NCBI GenBank assembly: GCA_964234715.1
Contig: OZ174278.1
Strand: one strand, 5' to 3'
Origin: Podarcis melisellensis
Lineage: Eukaryota
DNA length: 64,000 bases
The notes under the pieces were generated by a model, which made no database searches, was not told the DNA's origin, and was given only the letters and a program-made list of their open reading frames with translations. The position numbers and the translations under genes are program-made. Positions 1-10,687 of the stretch are shown piece by piece; the first letter of the stretch is position 1, and every line of letters begins with the position of its first letter.

Positions 1-352
1 AGGGGGTGGGGGGATGCAATGTGGCTTTTTTGTTGTTTAAAATAACAAGGGTATGAGCATGCAGAGGAATTGCTGACATTTTGTAAAGTTCATGGTGTGA
101 TTCAGTATATTGCAAGGGTCTCTGTCAGGGCACAAGAAAATGCTTTAAAGGGAGGGAGGCAACCTGATACGTTAAGCTGACCGTAGACTTGACATCTCCC
201 TCTTTAATGCTGATGGGAGACCTGTAATGAAATTTCACTAAACATCAAACTTTGTGGCCAGGATTGCTGAATGATGCTGCTGTGTTCAGAGGCAGAGTAA
301 CTCTGGGTCTCTGTAGTGCTTCTGGGTCCAAAAGCAGAAACAACAGGAAAAT

Positions 353-805
353 GCCTGTATAGATCAGTTGGTTAGAGTGAGAAGAAGAAGAAGAAGAAGA
401 AGAAGAAGAAGAAGAAGAAGAAGAAGAAGAAGAAGAAGAGTAGTTTGGATTTGATATCCCGCCTTTCACTCCCTTTAAGGAGTCTCAGAGCGGCTAACAT
501 TCTCCTTTCCCTTCCTCCCCCACAACAAACACTCTGTGAGGTGAGTGGGGCTGAGAGACTTCAAAGAAGTGTGACTGGCCCAAGGTCACCCAGCAGCTGC
601 ATGTGGAGGAACGGAGACGCGAACCCGGTTCCCCAGGTTACGAGACTACCGCTCTTAACCACTACACCACACTGGCTCTCCAGTGTGGTGCTGATAATGG
701 CAATGTTGCTGGTTCAATCCCCACATGGGACAGATTCCTGCATTGCAGGGGGTTGGACCAGATGATCCACAAGATCCCTTCCAACTCTACCATTCTATTA
801 TTCTA
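353..805 (+). mobile_element. Squam2-like SINE (tRNA head, CR1-type tail), interrupted by a Squam3-like SINE
   Basis: The A-box part (tagatcagttggttagagtg, 360-379) continues at 682 (agtgtggtgctgataat...ggttcaatcccc). It ends in a CR1-like tail (ggggttggaccagatgatcc...ttccaactct...attcta). Confidence 0.6.
380..681 (-). mobile_element. Squam3-like (MIR/Ther1-related) tRNA-derived SINE with (CTT)n tail
   Basis: The minus strand reads GCCAGTGTGGTGTAGTGGTTAAGAGCGG...GGTTCGCGTCTCC (A/B boxes), core GGGTGACCTTGGGCCAGTCAC, and ends ATCAAATCCAAAC plus (CTT)n, i.e. the (GAA)n at 380-439. AGTG flanks both sides. A near-identical copy lies at 25661. Confidence 0.85.
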
Positions 806-833
806 ACCAAATTTGCAGGTTTGGTGTTGGCTG

Positions 834-1159
834 TAGGGATGGATGATCTATTTCTGCTATTTCTCAGTTGTGCATCTTTTCTATCATAACTCTCTTCTGC
901 CCCAAGTCTGCATTTTTTGTGATTTATTTTTTTAATTTCATTTTTAAAAAACCGTGGGAAAAATACATTTTTGGTATCCCCCCCTAAAATGTGCATTTTG
1001 GAATATGCATATTTTTAGACCAATAATTGCATTGCTTAATTTGGAGACATGTGAAAACTGAAGGATGGCTGCAGATTAATACATGTGTTAGCCTGGAAGG
1101 TACAAATCGGGATGGTTCACTTCAAAATGTAAGTTGAATGAAATCCTTGAATATCCCTA
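834..1159. mobile_element. Old non-autonomous hAT-like element
   Basis: Termini TAGGGATG...ATCCCTA. Related degenerate copies are at about 23105-23495 and 39650-40055. Confidence 0.45.
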
Positions 1160-1632
1160 GGTGGTTGTAAGATATCCAGGTTTCAAATAATATTCTTAAC
1201 TTGCACCTTCTGTGTTTATTAGGGATAATAAACTGCAGCTTCCTTTTTCATTGCAACAAGCAAAATATCCCAGAAATGTGTGCCCTCCTCATTCAACTAC
1301 TCTGACAGCATGTGATGTTTCAGGACTCATTAATAGCTACACCTAACAAGACCCATCACTGGAAACTCTGCACAAGGACTTCCACTACACACTGGGGCTT
1401 CCTCCCCTCTTATTCCCACCATGTCCCTCTCATGCCCCCTGAAATTGGTTCTGGGACATTTGGGAGAACCACCAGAACAGCACATGGCAGGAAGAGAGGG
1501 GAGACCATTCCACTTAATTAATGGACCTAACTTAGTCATACTCAGTGAATCTACTCTGAGTAAAACTTACTTGAATAACACCGCTCTATTCTTTGCTCAG
1601 ATCCTAGGCACCTGTTTTTAGGGACAATAAAG

Positions 1633-1897
1633 CGCTCCCGTCGTTCGGTCCCAGCGCCTGCCAACCTAGCAGTTCGAAAGCACCCCCGGGTGCAAGTAGA
1701 TAAATAGGGACTGCTTACCAGCGGGAAGGTAAACGGCGTTCCGTGTGCTGCTCTGGCTCGCCAGATGCAGCTTGTCATGCTGGCCACGTGACCCAGAGGT
1801 GTCTGCGGACAGCGCTGGCTCCCGGCCTATAGAGTGAGATGAGCGCACAACCCTAGAGTCTGGCCCGTACGGGCAGGGGTACCTTTACCTTTACCTT
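1633..1897 (+). mobile_element. Sauria SINE (Squam1), 5'-truncated, GGCCCGTACGGGCAGGGGTACC-tail subfamily
   Basis: Core ctgccaacctagcagttcgaaagcac...gcaagtagataaatagg and (ACCTTT)n tail. Confidence 0.9.
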
Positions 1898-2234
1898 TTA
1901 AACAATAGTTTACTTAATAACTTTACTACTTTATGTGACTGCTATAAGGATTATGGACATAGGGTATTGAAGTACTCAACCTAGGCACTTATGGAGATGT
2001 GTGTATTTCTCACTGTGTGTATCACACTTAGAATTGTTGGATTCCATCTGTCTCGAAAGACAATGAAATGCGCTTTCAAGGGTGAAGTCCAGCACAACTG
2101 AAACTGACAGAGCCAAGAAAAGTATAATGGGCAGAGTCTAATTCTAGCCCATAATGGTATTTAACTCTTCAATGGTCATACTACTATACAAGCTTTTTTT
2201 CTCTTTCCCACCGGATCACTCAAATGATTTTAAC

Positions 2235-2713
2235 TGTCAGGAAGCTGTCAGCGGCTCTCTGCTGGTTGCCCAGGAAAGTATAAAGACAAGGGAAAATTTC
2301 TTACCATCTTTTTTTATTTCACTATCACAGAGAGAGACTATAGAACCCAGTCTCTTGGATAATGGCATTGTCCTGAGTGAATCTCCACCCCCCATCTCTC
2401 CCACTTCCTCATTTGTCATACATGCCCTCTGTCTTTGAGCTCTTTGCTCTCCTACTTTTAAGGCTTGTCGGGTTCTGGGAGATGGAGGGTCTGGAATGCT
2501 TTCTAGTGATAACATGTCAGCCAGCTGCTCTGGCTTTGCTTCCTCCTCCTTGTCCATTATTTCCTAACTTTCCCCCCACATCTGTCTCTGAGCTACCACC
2601 TCCCTCAAATCCCTATTGTAAATCTATACTGTCTTCCTCTTCCTCCTCCCTGGAGGGGTCAGGCTGGAGAGGTGGTCTCCACCATTCCTCCTCTGTCCAC
2701 ATAAACACTGATA
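2235..2713 (-). mobile_element. Solo LTR (TGTCAG...TGACA family, probably Gypsy-type)
   Basis: Reverse complement is similar to 49494-49977 and 50910-51416 (gaggaggaatggtgggag, gaggaagcaaagcc, ccctcc(a/t)tctcccagaac). Termini tgtcag / ctgata. The TSD is degenerate. Confidence 0.7.
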
Positions 2714-3782
2714 TCGATTATGAAAATCCATCTTCAGTCAGGGAAAGTCTTGATTGAGCAGACTTTGGGGTGTCCCCCCCCCCCAGATGAGGTTTTTGTC
2801 GTGCGCACACCCTGCCATATTTGCTGATTTTTTCAGAGGTTCCCATTCTGAAATTGCTCCCTTTCTTAAAACAAGCTCCCGTTCTTTAAAGGGTGGCTGC
2901 CATTGTCTCAAGTTTAAGAGGCAATTAAAAGCAACTCCAGCTCTAGGGATGGTAGTGTAACCATTTGTCCAACTCTGGCTACAGGGATGTCTCCATCCCT
3001 GATATACAGCACTCGTTTCAAACATTTCTGGCATCTAAAGAAATGGTGACAAAATAACCCCTCTCCCTTAATCAATGCTAGTAAATTCATACTTTTGTTT
3101 GAAACGCACCATATGTCTTCTAATACCTATGCACAATAGGGTGCAAGTTTAATGGCTTTCTTGTTGTGCCCCTGTTGTAATTAAGCTTTAAAGGACATAT
3201 GGCACATTGAAGTCTTAACAGTGATTTTCCTTATTCAGATTGTTTTCTCTTGCATGCTTAACAATGCAGTTTCTAGCAAAAGGGGTGGGTTTTCGTGTGT
3301 GTGTCAACCTCTTTAAAGAAATATCAGGTGAAGATCCTGGCTCCACAGCTATGAAATGCGGAACTCTATTTAATGTTAAGATTCAGAGTTTTACCCACAG
3401 GTTCTCTTCAGTGTTAAGGGATAAGCAACCAATAAAAAAAACCCCCACCCCTCACTGCAACATAAAGGATGGTATCGATGTTAGCCTACAGAAAAAGCAG
3501 GCAAAAGCATACTGTGTCCCAATCTGTGCCTATAAATATCAAATGCAGTAAATCAAATCAAAAATGATTTTGAACATGGAGGTTACTGAGGGGGAAAGTC
3601 ACTAAACAACAACGTTTTGTATCTTAATCAAGTAGTTTACTGTGGGGTGTGATTTGTGCATAGAAAGTATGATTCAGAGCACCCAAGGAAATGCGGATGG
3701 CTCGGTACCATTTTGATGATGACATGCCCAGACCCTCCAAATGTCTATATTTTCCAGGGACATCCTGAATTTTCTCCCCCCT

Positions 3783-4437
3783 TTTTTCTTTTTTGATTTT
3801 AAAAAGCCTTTATTTAACATTCAAACAATAACAACAACTAACACAACAATTCACTATTCACTACATCCCACCACCCTTAATAATACATAGATAGCATTAC
3901 AAAACCATAAAGAGGGCTGATCGCCGAAGAATCGATGCTTTTGAATTATGGTGCTGGAGGAGACTCTTGAGAGTCCCATGAGGAGAGTCTCAAGGGGAGA
4001 CTCTTGAGAGTCAAACCTCTCCATTCTTAAGGAAACCAGCCCTGAGTGCTCACTGGAAGGACAGATCTTGAAGCTGAGGCTCCAATACTTTGGCCACCTC
4101 ATGAGAAGAGAAGACTCCCTGGAAAAGACCCTGATGTTGGGAAAGATGGAGGGCACAAGGAGAAGGGGACGACAGAGGACGAGATGGTTGGATAGTGTTC
4201 TCGAAGCTACCAGCATGAGTTCGACCAAACCGTAGAAGGCAGTGGAAGACAGGAGTGCCTTGTGTGCGCTGGTCCATGGAGTCACGAAGAGTCGGACATG
4301 ACTAAACGACTAAACAACAACAACAAAAGCATTACAAAACATCACAACAACTGGATCAACGTTCCATATATTTTTAAACCTTATCTATTTTACATAACAA
4401 AGAAGAAAGAAAAAGAGAGAAAAGAAGAAAAGAAAAG

Positions 4438-4468
<31 letters not shown>

Positions 4469-4860
4469 GAAAGAGAGAAAAGGAGAAAGGGAGAGAAGGC
4501 ATAAAAAATGGGGGAAAATAAATTTGACTTCCAATTAGACTCGTTGTATTGTTGTTCCTATTATTGTTTTACACACAGTTTCAAATTACCATTTATTTTC
4601 TTTGTTCTTATCAAAAAAGGAGTTATTTTACAAGAATCATTCGAGTTCTGCCAGGAGATTATCGGTATTACAATAATTTTTCAAATACACTTTTAAAAAA
4701 TTCCATTCTTTCTGTACTTTCTGTATTGGATACCCTCTCTCCCCGTCATCATAGCCAACTGCAAATACTCTATCCTGCCACTCATTTATTGTAGGTGTTT
4801 CCTCACTTTTCCAGTTTCTTGCTATTAAGATCCTGGCTGCTACTGTCGACAGTAGCACCC
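3783..4860 (-). mobile_element. L1 LINE 3' end (ORF2 C-terminus + 3'UTR), interrupted by BovB
   Basis: Minus ORF 4637-4858 'AARILIARNWKSEETPTINEWQ' matches the squamate L1 ORF2 C-terminus. A T-rich tail with tttatt lies at about 3783-3815. Confidence 0.75.
3906..4327 (+). mobile_element. BovB (RTE) LINE 3' fragment
   Basis: RT C-terminal sequence (DAFELWCWRR; KLRLQYFGHLMRR) and (CAA)n tail. 13-bp TSD AGCATTACAAAAC at 3893-3905 and 4328-4340. Confidence 0.95.
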
Positions 4861-5168
4861 AAATTTTCAGAAGCTGTCCCAGTTTTTTATTTGATCCCAG
4901 AAGGTTCTGCTTTTCCTTAGGTCGTCCCTATTTTCATCATAGAAATGTTGGAGGGTATGGAGTTATGTGACTCCTGAGCCAAGGAGATAAGTAACTATAG
5001 AACCTTTAGAAGACATCAGAAGGCAGCCCTATATAGTTTTAATTATGTTTGTAATTATCATCATCATCATCATTATGGAATAGGACACCCCTGTTTTCTT
5101 CAGAGATGTATTGGAGGGTATATAGGCCAATGGAGAGGTATAAACAAAAATAATTTAAAAAAACAACT

Positions 5169-5208
5169 CATAGATAGATAGATAGATAGATATAGATATA
5201 GATATATA
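5169..5208. repeat. (AGAT)n/(ATATAG)n microsatellite
   Basis: Direct inspection. Confidence 0.9.
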
Positions 5209-5529
5209 TGACCTCCAGATAGCTCTTGCCATAAACAGAAATTTTTCCAATTTCAACTATTTTTTTAAATAAGAAGAACCATTTTAAAAAAATTATAGCA
5301 ACAAACTTGTAACAAAGAAACATAAATGATTTCACAAGTTCAACACAGGAAAATAGAATACACAGGTACATAGGCTTCTCCTGTCTTCTGGCAAAGCTGT
5401 CCAACTCCGGATTGTAAGCTTGTCAGGGCAAGGATGATGAAAAATACAAAAGGAGAATGCAAAATAATAAAACAAAAACAAAAAAACCCCAAACCAATAA
5501 ACTGCCCTACCAAAAGCACATTAAAAATA

Positions 5530-5710
5530 AACCCTGAACACCTGGTTGAAGAGAAATGTTTTTGCCTGGCGCCTAAAGATATGAAATGAAGGTGCCAGGA
5601 GAATCTTCTTAGGGAGAGCATTCCACAAGCAGAGAGACTGTTCTCATGTTGCCAACTTCCAGACCACTCACACTGGAGACACACAAAGAAGGAGCTCAGA
5701 TGATTATCAC
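5530..5710 (-). mobile_element. Degenerate L2 LINE 3' fragment
   Basis: tgttttgcctggcgcctaaa...gggagagcattccacaa is typical of the squamate L2 3' end in antisense. Confidence 0.55.
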
Positions 5711-8126
5711 AAGTTTGGCATTTCTAGGCAACTAGTAAGAGCCTTTCTGGTTCTAGCTACTCCGCCTTCTGTCCGCCTGCCTGCCTTTCTCCGTAATAGA
5801 CTCCTACATATATTACTGCAGCACTGCAGAAGTTGTTTTCTTGTAGCTTTCCCCCATGCTGCTATCTGTGGCGTACTTTGAGCTTTCAAATTTCAGTGGC
5901 GTCCCGTGCAACGCTAAAATTCTGCACCTCCAGCTCTTGCGCACAGCATTATTGTGGTACACCCTGCTGTGCAGCTCCAGGCGCCACTGGTTGCGCTACC
6001 CTAGAAGCGCCTCTGCTGCTGTGGCAACAAGTGCACTTTACAGATACAATACTACAGCAGCTATTAGTACCTGCTCTCCAGGTAGGATTCTAATTGAATG
6101 GAAAAGTTGGCATGCGTAGTCCACCCATATGGTTCTCTCACAATTCCCAATAGCATGGAATTGCATGGTAGAAAAGCAACTCCCATGGTGTGCCGCTCTG
6201 TGCAAAAGAGGACATCGAATATCAAATTCTGTGGGCTGCACCAATCAAATGTGCCCTTCCCACTGATTAAACAATAATAAGGTGGGAAGACCCTCTGAAA
6301 CTGGTCCCATTCAAAAGCGTCTATTTGCTCCAATGCTAACTTTGAGAGAAGTTCAAAATCTGTAGCGTAAATAGTTTGAAGAAAGCAGAAAGTTGCAGTG
6401 TTTGTAAAATGTCTACCAAGTCTACCGTTAGAGACTAATGCTAATTGTCTTCCTTCCTGGCTTTTATTTGTTTTAGATCTCTGCAAATGAACTTGCGAAT
6501 CTGAATGTAGTTCTTAGTGTCCGTATCACAAAAGCCGCAGGAGGTTCTAATTACGATCGTGGTTGGAAATCTCAGCATGATCAACTGTCACTGTCCTTTC
6601 AAAGTCCGGGGAAAAGCCAATCAAGGCACAACAGAGAAAACTTATATTGCCCTGGGAAGAAATAATGTGAACTTCAAGTTGCCAACAATCTGGTGTTTCT
6701 CTGCAAGTGATAAATTCACTAAAAATTACGTGGGCAACAAATTAGAACCTTTGCAATGTTTTCAGCATGGAGCATTTGTTTGTTATATAAAGAAACATGA
6801 AAGCCAAAAAAACTTCAGTAGCTATGATACAGCAGCAAGTTATAGCTATCTCTCCTGGTTTGTTTTTATGTCCTGCTGAGGGTTGCATCTGTGCTGAAAT
6901 TAACAGATCCATGTTAACTAGCTGTGTGTGCAACATTTGAACAATCTGAGTTTACCTGCAGCATAGGCAGAAACAAAGGAATTTAATACAGTCTTAAACC
7001 ATTATTATTCTGCTTTCATTAGACACATCTGCAAAACTCACACTATGGAGTAACACTGACCTATTCAATTTGATGCTTGCTCACCATGGGGCACTTTTAT
7101 AACTATTTCTCAAATCTTTTGAAATGTCCTGTTTTCTGTGCCTTAAAGAAAAATGCCACCAAGCCGTTCAAAAACTGTATATTGGTTTTGAAATGACTGG
7201 TTTGCACGTGGCATGTGATTTGCATCTTTCTATATTCCATTGCATCTATACTGAGGCTGTGAACTGGTGAAAAGAATTCAGTTTATGCATTGCAATAGTA
7301 TTTTGAAATCCAGGGCATTTATTTGATGGGCCATTCTAGACATAATACAGATTGAGGGAAGAGTTTCTAAAGTCAGCATGCCACAACAGAATGACCCTCC
7401 CTTCTCACTTCCGATGGCACAGAACTTAGTTTGGATCAGTGGTCAGAGTGGACTAGGATCTGGGAGACCATGGTTCAATCCCCTCTCAACCTTGAATTTC
7501 GCTGGTTAACCCTGGGGCAACCAGCACGAACCTTTCAGTGGTTACCATTTTTGGTGGTATAGTTGTTTGTGCATTTTTGGAAAGCTGCCACAAAATGTCA
7601 TCATTCTTTGGCTAGTATTCCAGAATAATGTACTAAAAAAATTGCTTTCCCCTCAATTGCAAAAAATCTGACTTTTGGGAACGATCTGGTATGGAGACTC
7701 AGTTATTTTCATTTGTGTAGCATTTGTACAAGCCTTGTCCTGGTTTGCGTGTGGAGGAAGTGAGGGTTGGGTGTGTGGTTTAGGAGATGTCTGTTTTACG
7801 CCACTTCCCTCTGCCTACTTCAAGCTGTCAGTTTATGAGCTTAGTTCAGAGAAGAGATGTGGAAGACAGAGATTGTGGGACTGACTCAAAGTATTGTCCA
7901 TTATAGCAGTCATTAGCTGCAGACAAATTTCATCACAGTAACCAGGTTCGCCATAGCTCAGGCAGAAACGCAATTCCTCTTCTAATCTCCTCTTCCTATG
8001 CTTGTAATTATGTAAGTATTTTCTTGTGGTAAGCCTTTTTGAGCTTCTTGGAAAGGTGGCATACAAATAAAATGTTAATGATAATAATACTCCTCCAAAG
8101 TTAGAAATTCTGGAATACTAGGCATT

Positions 8127-8298
8127 AAACGGTGTTTCCGTGTGCTGCTCTGGTTCGCGGCTTAGTCACGCTGGCCACATGACCCGGAAGCTGTCTGTGG
8201 ACAAACGCCAGCTCCCTCAGCCAGTAAAGCGAGATGAGCACCACAACCCCAGCATCGTCCGCGACTGGACCTAATGGTCAGGGGTCCCTTTACCTTTA
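8127..8298 (+). mobile_element. Sauria SINE 3' half
   Basis: aaacggtgtttccgtgtgctgctctgg...ggacctaatggtcaggggtccctttaccttt. Confidence 0.88.
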
Positions 8299-8396
8299 CA
8301 TTTAGGCATTAAATAAAAAAGCAGTAGGCATGCTCATAACTCTATCATTTAATGGCTGGAGGAATATGATGGTGTTTAAGGAGTGTGACTACAGCC

Positions 8397-8595
8397 TGAG
8401 GCCGGCTCACCCACAAGGCAAGATAAGGTGACTGCCTCAGGTGGCTGGGTCCATAGAGGCAACAGATCTTGATTTCCATCCTTCTTTCCTCCCTTGATCC
8501 TGATGTAGATATTCCCAAACACCTTCTTTCATGGTGGGAAGCAGGTGCCATTTTGGAGTTTGCCTCAGGTGCTCAAATGTCTTGGACTGGCTCTG
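8397..8595. mobile_element. hAT-type MITE
   Basis: 8-bp TSD CTACAGCC at 8389-8396 and 8596-8603, with imperfect short TIRs. Confidence 0.65.
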
Positions 8596-9039
8596 CTACA
8601 GCCGCAGAACTCTTCTCAATCTGGCCATTCATGTGGAAAGAAAAACCCGGCACTCAGCCGCTAATGACAGCAACATGTAGCCAAAGTTTCCGACAATCAG
8701 CTGCAAATTCAATCTTGAAAACATCAGATCAAACAGCAACTATACCAACATAAATGGTAGGTGCAAAAAGGACCCATCTCTCAGCCTAACCCAATATGGT
8801 GTCCTTAAGATCAATGCTATTTTTCTAGAAACAGAAGTGCCAGAACTCACCATGAACACCTCCCTTGTTCTCTTAGAATGGCAATGGTGCCCAACTGAGA
8901 AGTGCAAGAACTGAGCTCCCGTGAGTTCCCCCTGAAAAAAGCCCTGTTTAAGATGTTGTTGGACTACAACTCCCATCATCCATGATCCCATGTCAGGAAG
9001 GCAATTAATGCATAAAGAGACACAAAGTAGACTTCTTAA

Positions 9040-9240
9040 GAAGTGAGTGTGTTTAAGGAACGTGTTTGATCAAAAGCATCTCTTTGAATTGTTCCCAGTA
9101 ATGACCCAGCAACCACTACAAATATTTCAAAATGGACACAATATGCTGTACACTGTATATCCAACAGTAGCCATGTGGCTGTATTTTGCACTAATGCAAT
9201 TTCCGAACTGTTTCTAAAAACATCGCTGCAGCTATAGAGC
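9040..9240 (-). mobile_element. Old L2 RT fragment
   Basis: Minus frame 'LVQNTATWLL' resembles the L2 motif QLVQNAAARLL. Confidence 0.45.
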
Positions 9241-9511
9241 AGTACTTGCATAGTTCTCATTCATTTGTGGACTTCTCGTGTGCCTTACTATTTTTTGATC
9301 TAATTATTTCTGCTAAAATTCCATTTAAGAAAGGTACTCCTTTCATATTTTTTAAAAAAGAACTTACACATGCACGCACACAAACATCAAGTAGAGGGAC
9401 ACTACATTCAGAATGTCATGGTACAGCTATTAATGATACTCAGAGGACTGAAAATTACCATTTCGGATGTGTCCGGAGCAGCAAACTGGTAAACAAGCCT
9501 GCAGTTAGTGC

Positions 9512-9659
9512 NNNNNNNNNNNNNNNNNNNNNNNNNNNNNNNNNNNNNNNNNNNNNNNNNNNNNNNNNNNNNNNNNNNNNNNNNNNNNNNNNNNNNNNNN
9601 NNNNNNNNNNNNNNNNNNNNNNNNNNNNNNNNNNNNNNNNNNNNNNNNNNNNNNNNNNN
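9512..9659. other. Assembly gap (N run)
   Basis: Run of N. Confidence 1.
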
Positions 9660-10617
9660 TTAAACACTGAATCATAAATCATCATGAAAAGTGCTGTCAC
9701 AACTGAGCCATTAGTGCCCTGTATCGCTGGGCAGCCTCACGAAAATATCTGCTATGCCGATCTTTAGGTTAATAGGAACAGAAATGGCATTTAAAGACTA
9801 TTTGGATCAAATCTGCTCTAAGGTTGAAAGTGTTACTCTGTTAATTTACTGGTAATTTGAAGTGATGTAGTTAGGGTTAGCAGCCACACAGCTGAGCCCC
9901 AGAGAGCTAAACAAAAGGCAGCGGGAGTTTCTTCCAATATTTATTTAATTGCTATAGGGTGCTGCAACAGCAACAAAAAGCTTCCATTTAAATGCACACA
10001 CGGTGATTCCTTTGTTTTCAGAGCATGTTTAAAAGGGGAGATTTTACCTTCATCGACAGCACTATATGCCCAACACAGTCTGTGGCTCTGATCCAGCAGA
10101 GAGAGCCCAGACCAGCCAATGCTGCTGCCAACTTTTTAAAAAAGTTGAAATCCCAACAATCTGCTGTAGATCAGAGAGGGAAGAGATGATCAAATGCGGA
10201 CCCCTCTTGGGCTTCACCTTCCAAGCAGGTGATCAACAGCATTTCAGGGTGGAATAGCATAACAGCAGCCATTTGTGTGCACGATTCCAAATCTAGCCAA
10301 GGATGCCCATAGGTAAAATGATTGTGGAGGTTTGGTCCCCTATCTATGTTGAACTGTCTGTTTCAGAAGTGGAAGAATAATTATTTATGGCTGGTAACAA
10401 AGATCACTTCTGATCAAAATAACAAGCATATGTAGCATCACAGCTGGGATGATGTACACTTCTCATAAGAAAGGCTGGTTTCTTTCAGTGCTGAGAAAAC
10501 ATGCCCCAATTTGACTAGTTTCCCAGCATATGATACACCATAATTTGAGACAAATAAGGTAAGATTGCATTAACAGAGCAGTTGTAGAATATGGGAAAGG
10601 AATAATTTAAAAACAGC

Positions 10618-10618
10618 A

Positions 10619-10686
<68 letters not shown>

Positions 10687-10687
10687 A
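10618..10687. repeat. (GAAA)n microsatellite
   Basis: Direct inspection. Confidence 0.97.
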
